Part shown: one piece after another, positions 54,375-64,000 of the stretch
How positions within the stretch are numbered: the stretch's first letter is position 1
Layout: every line of letters starts with the position of its first letter
Assembly: GCF_009914755.1 (NCBI RefSeq)
Contig: NC_060933.1
From: the human T2T-CHM13v2.0 reference genome, Homo sapiens
Strand: one strand, 5' to 3'
DNA: 64,000 nucleotides
Notes under the pieces: model-generated
Told to the model about the DNA's origin: nothing
Database searches by the model: none
What the model saw: only the letters and a program-made list of their open reading frames with translations
Program-made: the position numbers and the translations under genes

Positions 54375-57300
54375 TAGGGGAAAATGCCAGATAGGAGGCA
54401 CGACTAACTTGCAGCTCCCACTCAGACAAACAGAACAGCGTGTGGAGATTCACATTGTGAACTTTTGCTCCAAGAAATACTGCAGGAACATACCAGGAAA
54501 GCCAAGAAAATCCACACACTCTTTGGAGGAAGCAGCTTCCCTCTGCAGGCTCTGCGAGACAGCCAAAAAACTGTGAGTGCGCAAAGTGTGAGGTGTAACA
54601 TCCGCCCCCAAACACACATACTGGAGAACCTGAAGGTCCAGATCACGGGAGAAGGATTAGCCTTACTTGGAGATGAGATAAATTTAGAAATCAAGTGAAA
54701 TACAGGGGGTAGAGGAAGCAGTGGGAAGAGCCCTGTGGGCACTCTTGGTCCCACGGGAAGCCATTTCTGACTTTGTCTTGCAGGGGCTCCTGGGGAGGAC
54801 TGCCAGTAAAATTGAGGAAAGACCACAGGGAAAAGGAAATTCCCAGCTGCACTTTGTAACAATTTTGACTGAACACAAAGTTCCTCGGACATAATCTGGG
54901 GGAGGGGGTGAACTGGGAGTGCAGATACTAGTAAAGTTGCAGCAAGCAGGGAGGTGTGAAACCTGAAAGTCCTGCTTGCATTCTCACCAGGGAGGCTTGT
55001 ATCCTAGGGCAAATTCTCAGCCTTGCTCACCAGCTACCTCAAAATAAACTCAGTGCTATTGGTGGGGTACAGTGGGAGAGAGACTGGCCACTCAAACTGC
55101 ATGAGATCTGGGTGAGACCTATCACTGCTGTCTTTCCTCCACTTCCCTGGTGACCCATATGATACAGCAGAGGGAGCTATAATCCCCCTGAAAACATAAC
55201 TTCAGTGGCCTGGGAACCACACCTCCATCCCCTACAGCAGCCGCAGCAAGCCTCACCCAAGGAGAGTCTGAGCTCAGACATACCTAATCCTGTCCCCACC
55301 TGAGGGTCTTTCTCTAATCCCGCTGGTAGCCAAAGACAAAGGATATCATCTCTTGGGAGCTCTATGGTCCCGCCCACAGCCTGAGAAACCCAAATACTTA
55401 TCTAGGCCACCTTAGGGCAAACTTGTTTTCTCCCTATACTACCACAGCTGTTGCTCTCTTGAAAATGCCACCTCCTGGCCAGAGGCCAACTAACACAAAA
55501 CCAGCACACTAAACAAAACCACAACTAAGGACCTCCACAGAGTCCACTTCACTCCCCTGCTACCTCCACCACAGCAGGTGCTGATATCCATGGCTAAGAA
55601 ACCTGAAGATGAATCACATCACAGGACTCTTTGCAGACACCCTCCAGTACCAGCCTAGAGCCCAGTAGCTCTGCTGGGTGGCTAGACCCAGAAGAGAAAT
55701 AACAATCACTGCAGTTTGGCTCTCAGTAAGCCCATCCCTAGGGAAAGTGGGAGAGCACCACATCAAGGGAGCACCCTGTGGGACAAAAGAATCAGATCAG
55801 CAGCCCAAGAGCCCCAGATCTTCCCTCTGACATAATCTCAAATGAGAAAGAACAAGAAAAACAATTTTGATAATATGACAAAACAAGGTTCTTTAACATC
55901 CCCCAAAGAGCACTCTAGCTCATCAGCAGTGGATCCAAACCAAGAAGAAATCTCCGAATTGCCAGAAAAAGAATTCAAAAGGTCTGTTATTAAGCTAATT
56001 AAGGAGGCACCAGGGAAAGGTGAAGTCCAACTTAAAGAAATTAAAAAAAAATACAGGATATGAATGGAAAAATCTCCAGTGAAATAGATAGCATAAATAA
56101 AAAACAATCACAACTTCTGGAAATGAAAAACACACTTATAGAAATGCAAAATGCACTGGAAAGTCTCAGCAATAGAATTGAGCAAGTAGAAGAAAGAACT
56201 TCAGAGCTCAAAGATCGGCTTTTTAATTAACCCAATGTGACAAAAGACGAAGAAAAAGGATTAAAAATGACAAAGCCTCCAAGAAGTTTGGGATTATGTT
56301 AAATGACTAAACCTAAGAATAAGTGGTGTTCCCGATGAAGAAGAGAAATCTAAAACTTTGGAAAACATATTTGAGAAAATAATTGAGGAAAATTCCCTGG
56401 CCTTGCTAGAGATCTAGATATCCAAATACAAGAAGCTCATAAAACACCCAGGAAATTCCTTGCATAAAGATTATTGCCTAGGCACATAGTCATCAGGTTT
56501 CTACAGTCAAGATGAAGGAAACAATCTTAAGAGCTGTGTGGCAAAAGCATCAGTTAACCTATAAAGGAAAACCTGTTGGATTAGCAGCAGATTTCTCAGC
56601 AGAAACCCTGCAAGCGAGAAGGATTCCTACAAGCTACAAGAAGGGATCACCTACAAGCTAGATGGGGTCTCATCTTTAGCCTCCTTAAATAAAACATTTA
56701 CCATACAAGAATTTTGTGTCCAGCAAAACTAAGATTCATAAATGAAGAAAAGATACAGTGTTTTCCAGATAAATGAATGCTGACAGAATTCACCATTACC
56801 AAGCCAATACTACAAGAACTGCTAAAAGAAGCTCTAAATCTTGAAACAAATCCTAGAAATACACCAAAACAGGACTTTCTTAAAGGATAAGTCTCACAGG
56901 ATCTATAAAACAATAACACAATAATAATAAAAAAAAACCCAAGGTATTTAGGCAACAACTAGCATGACGAATAGAATAATACCTCACATCTCAATATTAA
57001 CATTGAATATAAATGGCCTAAATGCTCCACTTAAAAGATACAGAATGGCAGAAGAGGTAAGAATTTACCAACCAAGTATTTGCTGTCTTCAAGAGACTCA
57101 CGTAACACAGGACTCACATAAACTTAAGGTAAAGGGGTAGGAAAAGATATTCCATGCAATTGAACATCAAAGGTGAGCAGGAGTAGCTATTTTTATATCA
57201 AACAAAACAGACTTTAAAGTAACAACAGTTAAAAAAGACAAAGACGGACATTATGCAATGATAAAAGGCTAGTCAAACAGGAAAATGACACAATCCTAAA

Positions 57301-60300
57301 TATATGTGCACCTAACACTGGAACTCCCAAATTTATAAAACAATTACTACTAGACCTAAGAAATGAGATAGACAGCAACTCAATAATTGTGGGGGACTTT
57401 AATACTCCACTGACAGCACTAGACGTCATCAAGACAGAGAATCAACAAAGTAACAATGGATTTAAAACTATACCCTAGAACAAATAGACTTAACAGACAT
57501 ATACGGAACGTTCTATCCAACAACTGCAGAATATACATTCTACTCCTCACCATGTGGAGCATTTTCTAAGATAGACCGTATGATAAGCCACAAAACAAGC
57601 TTCAATAAATTTAAGAAAATCAAAATTATACCAAGTATTCTCTCAGGCCACAGTGGAATAAAATTGGAAATCAACTCCAGAAGGAACCTTCAAAACCATG
57701 CAAATACATGGGAATTATACAACATGCTCCTGACTGATTGTTGGGTCAAGAATAAAATCAAGATGGAAATGAAAAAATTCTTTAAACTGAACAATAATAG
57801 TGACACAACCTATCAAAACCTCTGGGATACAGCAAAAGTAGTGCTAAGAGGAAAGTTCATAGCATTAAATGCCTACATCAAAAAGTCTAAAAGAGCATAA
57901 ATAGATATTCTAAGGTCATACCTCAAGGAACTAGAGAAACAAGAACAAACCAAATCCAAATCCTGCAAAAGAGAAGAAATAACAAAGATCAGAGCAAACT
58001 AAAGGAATCTAAAACAAAAAATACAAAACATAAATAAAACAAAAAGCTGGTCCTTTGAAGAGATAAACAAAATTGATAGACTATTAGCAAGATTAACCAA
58101 GAAAAGAAGAGAGAAGATACAAACAAGCTCAATTAGAAATGAAACAGGAGACACTACAACCAATACCACAGAAATACAAAAGATTATTCAAGGTTACTGT
58201 GAATACTTTTATGCACACCAACTAGAAAACCTAAAGGAGATGGATAAATTCCTGGAAATATAGAACCCTCCTAGATTAAACCATGAAGAAATAGAAACTC
58301 TGAACAGACCAATAATAGGCAGTGAGATTGAAATGTTATTTTAAAAAATTACAACAAAACAGAGTCCGGGACCAGAGGGATTCGCAGTTGAATTCTATCA
58401 GACATTCAAAGAAGAATTGGTACCAATCCTATTGACACTATTTCACAAGATAGAGAAAGAGAATCCTCTCTGAATCATTCTGTGAAGCCATTATCACCCT
58501 AGTATCAAAACCAGGAAAGGGTATCACAAAAAAGAAAACTACAGACCAATATCCTTGATGAACATAGATGTAAAAATCTTCAACAAAATACTAACTAACA
58601 GAGTCCAACAGCATATCAAAAAGATAATCCATCATGATCAAGGTGGTTTCATACCAGGGATGCAGGGATGGTTTAGTAATGTAAGTCAATAAATGTGATC
58701 CACCACATAAACAGAATTAAAAACAAAAGTCACATGATCATCTCAATAGATGCAGAAAAGCATTTGTCAAAATCCAGCATCCCTTTATGATTAAAACACT
58801 CAGCAAATTCAGCATAGAAGGGACATACCTTAAAGTAATAAAAGCCATCTACAACAAACCCAAAGCCAACATATACTGAGTGGGGAAAAATTGAAAGCAT
58901 TCCCCTTGAGAACTGGAACAAGAAAAGGATGTCCATTTTCATCACTTTTTTTTTTTTTTTTTTTTTTTGAGATGGAGTCTCACTCTGTCACCCAGGCTGG
59001 AGTGCAGTGGCATGATCTCGGCTCACTGTAAGCTCTGCCTCCCAGGTTCATGCCATTCTCCTGCCTCAGCCTTCTGAGTAGCTGGGACTACAGGTGCCTG
59101 CCACCATGCCCAGCTAATTTTTTGTATTTTTAGTAGAGACGGGGTTTCACTGTGTTAGCTAGGATGGTCTCGATCTTCTGACCTCGTGATCTGCCCACCT
59201 CAGCCTCCCAAAGTGCTGGGATTACAGGTGTGAGCCACTGCGGCTGGCCCACTTTTATCACTTTTATTCAACATAGTACTAGAAGTCCTAGCCAGAGCAA
59301 TCAGATAAGAGAAAGAAATAAAGGGCATTCAGATTGATAAAGAAGAAGTCAAACTGTTGCAAAGTTTCAGGATACAAAATTAATGTACACAAATCAGTAG
59401 TACTGCCATATATCAACAGAAACCAAGCTGAGATTTAAATCAATAACTCAAACTCTTTTACAATAGCCACAAAAAACATAAAATACTTAGGAATATACCA
59501 AACCAAGGAGATGAAATACCTCTACAAGGAAAACTCCAAAATGCTACTGAAAGAAATAATAGACAACACTCCAACAAATGAAAACACATCCCATGGTCAT
59601 CGATGGGTAGAATCAATATTGTGAAAATGACCATATTGCCAAAAGCAATCTACCAATTTAGTGCAATTCCCATCAAAATACCACTATCATTTTTCAGAGA
59701 ACAGCAACAACAACAACAAATCCAAAATTGCATATGGAACTAAAAAAGGGCCTGCATAGCCAAGGGAAGACTAAGCAAAACAAACAAACAAACAAACAAA
59801 AAATCAAAAGCAAAAACCACATCTGGAGGAATCACATTCCTCCACTTCTAAGAATACCAGAAGGCTATAGTCACCAAAACAACATAGCACTAGTATAAAA
59901 ATAGGCACATAAACCAATGGAACAGAATAGAGAACCCAGAAATAAGTCCAAACACTTATAGCCAACTGATCTTCAACAAAGCAAACAAAAACATAAAATG
60001 GGGAAAGGACATCTTATTCAGCAAATAGTGCTGGAATAATTGACAAGCCACATGTAGAAGAATGAAACTGGATCCACGTCTCTCACCTTATACAAAAATC
60101 AACTCAAGATAGATGAAAAACTTAAATCTAAGACTCAAAACAATAAAAATTCTAGAGGATAACATTGGGAAAACCTTTCTGGAAATTGGCTTAGGCAAAG
60201 AATTCATGACCAAGAACCCAAAAGCAAATTCAACAAAACAAGGATAAATTGTTTTTAAGGTGGGACTTAATTAAACTAAAAAGCTTCTGCACAGCAAGGA

Positions 60301-61305
60301 AATAATCAGCAGAATAAACAGACAACCCACACAGTGGGAGAAAATCTTCACAAAATATGCATCTGACAAAGGACTAATATCCAGAATCTATGGGAAACTC
60401 AAACAAATCAGCGAGAAAAAAAAAAAACAAAAGAACCAAAAAAAAAAACAATAAAAACAATCCCATCAAAAAGTGGGCTAAGGATGTGAACAGGCAGTTC
60501 TCAAAAGAAAATATACAAATGGCCAACAAACATATGAAAAGATGTTCAACATCACTATCAGGGAAATGCAAATCAAAACGACAATCGATACCACCTTACT
60601 CCTGAAAGAATGGCCTAAATAAAAATAAAAATAAAAATAAAAAAATAATAGATGTTGGCAGGGATGTGGTGAAAGGGGAACACTTCTACACTGCTGGTGG
60701 GAATGTAAACTAGCACAACCACTATGGAAAACAGTGTGGAGATTCCTTAAAGAACTGCAAGTAGATCTACCATTTGATACAGCAATTTCACTAGTGGGTA
60801 TCTACCCAGAAGAAAAGAAGTCATACAAAAAAGATACCTGCGCATGCATGCCTATAGCAGCACAATTTGCAACTGCAAAATTATGGAACCAGCACAAATG
60901 CCCATCAATCAACCAGTGGATAAAGAAAATTAGGTGTACATACACCATGGAATACTATTCAGCCATAAAAAGAAATGACATATGGGATGGAATTGGAGAC
61001 CAATAATGGTTATATTCTAACACCATTATTCTAACTCAGGAATGGAAAATCAAACATCGTATATTCTCACTCATAAGGGGAAGCTAAGTTACGAAGACAC
61101 AAAGTAATAAAAATGATACAATGGACTTTGGGGACTCAGGGGAAAGGGTGGGAGGGGGTTGAGGGATAAAGGACTACACATTGGGTACAGTGTACACTGC
61201 TTGAGTGATAGGTGCACCAAAATCTCAGAAATCACCGCTAAAGAACTTATCCTTGTAACTAAACTCCACCTGTGCCTCAAAACCTATTGAAATAAAAAAG
61301 AATAA
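54375..61305 (+). mobile_element. Near full-length decayed LINE-1 (L1PB1-like)
   Basis: 5' UTR, ORF1 remnant (MTKQGSLTSPKEH..DPNQEEISELPEKEFKR), ORF2 remnants, 3' UTR ctacacattgggtacagtgtacactgc...cctattgaaataaaaa. Confidence 0.9.
58946..59249 (-). mobile_element. AluY-like element inserted in the L1PB ORF2
   Basis: AluY-type aagctctgcctcccaggttcatgccattctcc and aggatggtctcgatc; imperfect TSD cattttcatcacttt/cacttttatcacttt. Confidence 0.92.
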
Positions 61306-61317
61306 TATATATATATA

Positions 61318-62787
61318 TTTTTAATTTTATTTTATTATTATTATTATTATTATTATTTTAATTGATCATTCTTGGGTATTTCTCGCAGAGGGGGATTTGG
61401 CAGGGACACAGGACAATAGTGGAGGGAAGGTCAGCAGATAAACAAGTGAACAAAGGTCTCTGGTTTTCCTAGGCAGAGGACCCTGCGGCCTTCCGCAGTG
61501 TTTGTGTCCCTGGGTACTTGAGATTAGGGAGTGGTGATGACTCTTAAGGAGCATGCTGCCTTCAAGCATCTGTTTAACAAAGCACATCTTGCACCGCCCT
61601 TAATCCATTCAACCCTGAGTGGATACAGCACATGTTTCAGAGAGCACAGGGTTGGGGGTAAGGTCACCGATTAACAGGATCCCACGGCAGAAGAATTTTT
61701 CTTAGTACAGAACAAAATGAAAAGTCTCCCATGTCTACTTCTTTCTACACAGACACGGCAACCATCCGATTTCTCAATCTTTTCCCCACCTTTCCCGCCT
61801 TTCTATTCTACAAAACCGCCATTGTCATCATGGCCCGTTCTCAATGAGCTGTTGGGTACACCTCCCATACGGGGTGGTGGCCGGGCAGAGGGGCACCTCA
61901 CTTCCCAGTAGGGGCGGCCGGGCAGAGGCGCCCCTCACCTCCCGGACAGGGCGGCTGGCCGGGCGGGGGGCTGAGCCCCCCACCTCCCTCCCTCCCGGAC
62001 GGGGCGGCTGGCCGGGCGGGGGGCTGACCCCCCCACCTCCCTCCCGGACAGGCGGCTGGCCGGGCAGAGGGGCTCCTCACTTCCCAGTAGGGGCGGCCGG
62101 GCAGAGGTGCCCCTCACCTCCCAGACGGGGCGGCTGGCCAGGCGGGGGGCTGACCCCCCCACCTCCCTCCCGGACAGGCGGCTGGCCGGGCAGAGGGGCT
62201 CCTCACTTCCCAGTAGGGGCGGCCGGGCAGAGGTGCCCCTCACCTCCCGGACGGGGCGGCTGGCCAGGCGGGGGGCTGATCCCCCCACCTCCCTCCCGGA
62301 CGGGGCGGCTGGCCGGGCGGGGGGCTGACCCCCCCACCTCCCTCCCGGACAAGGTGGCTGCCGGGCGGAGACGCTCCTCACTTCCCAGACGGGGTGGCTG
62401 CTGGGCGGAGGGGCTCCTCACTTCCCAGACGGGGCGGCTGCCGGGCGGAGGGGCTCCTCACTTCTCAGACGGGGCGGTTGCCAGGCAGAGGGTCTCCTCA
62501 CTTCTCAGACGGGGCATCCGGGCAGAGACGCTCCTCACATCCCGGACGGGGCGGCAGGGCAGAGGTGCTCCCCACATCTCAGACGATGGGCGGCCGGGCA
62601 GAGACACTCCTCACTTCCCAGATGTGATGGCGGCCGGGAAGAGGCGCTCCTCACTTCCTAGATGGGATGGCCGCCGGGCAGAGACGCTCCTCACTTTCCA
62701 GACTGGGCAGCCAGGCAGAGGGGCTCCTCACATCCCAGACGATGGGTGGCCAGGCGGAGACGCTCCTCACTTCCCAGACGGGGTGGC
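61318..62787 (-). mobile_element. SVA retrotransposon #3 (SVA_D-like), 5'-truncated
   Basis: (TTA)n/T tail, SINE-R and VNTR are present. It ends abruptly at ...cagacggggtggc, with no Alu-like region, hexamer or recognisable TSD. Confidence 0.95.
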
Positions 62788-64000
62788 ATGACCTTGGCAT
62801 CTTTTCTATCACTGGTAAGATTCCAGTCAATTCTTTTCTGGATCATTCACTTTGCATCATATATAAACTAATAGAAACCTAAATTCAAATACAGCCATAG
62901 AATCATCCATAATGTATCAAATTAGTAATTGATAATGTCAAGTGGATCATGACATATTCAATGTATCCAGCTTGAATTCACAGGGTGATTTAGCTGCTGA
63001 AAGCCTTAACTGGCCATCTTCAGATTTTGCCAACATTAAGGGAATTTTAAGGGAAAAATACCGTCACGAAAGCAGATTAGAATATCCATGTTCCCTGAAA
63101 ACTCTAAAATTGTGACTCTTCATAAATCATCCGAGAATAACTGATCAGGTTCAATTATTTCCTTATCACCAAAACCATCACTGAGGGAATATTTAAGAGT
63201 AGTGAATGAAAAGGTATAGACAGTATAAGACCACATTATTATAGTCCATCTTCTGAGTTGACTTTCCTTTAGTTACACCAAAATATTCTGTAACAGCCAA
63301 CACATTATATCTAAGGAGTGATGACGATAAACTGGAAGGAGAATTAAGAGATTGTTTAGTGCTCCAGACAGGAAAAACACTTTCTCCAATTTGCCAAATA
63401 ATTATTGGTAGCTATTTTAGATGCATTATCTTTAAAGACAAAGCAAGTTCTAAATTTATGATCTCCATTAAGATAGAATATAATTATGCTTATTTTATAT
63501 AGAAAGAAATGGAAGCAGGCACAAATTAGTTGACCTTCCCATTGCTGCAGGCGGAAAAACCATGGATGAGAATTTGGAAGATCCTAGAGTTACTTTTCAG
63601 CTCAGAACCTGGAGAGGAGGATAACATTGTACTCAACAGAACACTAGGTCAAAAGTTAGAGCTTCCTAGCTTTATTATCTGTGTGGTATTGTTTCTACTG
63701 AAAGTAGGAACAAAATATTTGCAACTAAAAAAGAAATTGTCCAATACAACTGCTGGGGTCTCTGAAAACCTTTGGGCCTTTTGGAGCTAGATGCTGTATA
63801 AACTTATCCGGCTCATTCTCATTTAGCATAGGTTTATAGCAACATATCTGATTGGCTCAGCTGGGCTTGGGGCTCAGTGCTAGCCTGCAATATTAGTGGA
63901 CAATGTGTTCAAATGGAGCTGCAGAAGTTATCTATTGTTTTCTTCAATATTGCAGCTTAGAAGTTGCCAGAATATTATTCATTTTGTTATTTGTTTCCTC

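Noticed and set aside
63726-63735. taaaaaagaa matching the L1PB tail left of SVA #3, as a possible distant TSD implying a 0.9-kb 5' transduction
   Set aside because: Only a 10-bp low-complexity A-rich match that is not adjacent to the SVA tail; expected by chance
62788-64000. Possible downstream gene or lncRNA exon
   Set aside because: No convincing ORF, splice pattern or CpG island is recognisable from sequence alone

Overview
Primate genomic DNA, most likely human. It contains the 3' half of TMC1 (transmembrane channel-like 1, the hair-cell mechanotransduction channel subunit; DFNA36/DFNB7/11) on the + strand, plus about 15 kb of downstream intergenic DNA. Ten GT-AG coding exons (37-231, 2800-2979, 3105-3266, 16296-16424, 27061-27128, 31760-31999, 37787-37912, 41369-41447, 41549-41600, 46869-46891) splice into one uninterrupted 1254-nt frame (417 aa + [13 protein letters not shown]...KMAAARAAAAAGRQ*). 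These are exons 15-24 in the canonical numbering as I recall it. The rest is mostly retroelements: three long, internally deleted L1s, Alus, ERV1/MaLR solo LTRs, MIR/L2/MER relics and, unusually, three minus-strand SVAs within about 46 kb. Most ORF-track entries are repeat-derived or exon read-through artefacts. I see no prokaryote-type novel system. The most interesting structure is in the SVAs. One sits immediately behind the exon-18 donor. One carries an 85-bp 5' transduction inside a perfect 15-bp TSD. One is 5'-truncated with no TSD and lies in an L1PB tail. The first two are direct repeats that bracket exactly the last six exons, a candidate substrate for recombination-mediated deletion. 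Repeat subfamily calls come from remembered consensus features, not from a search.
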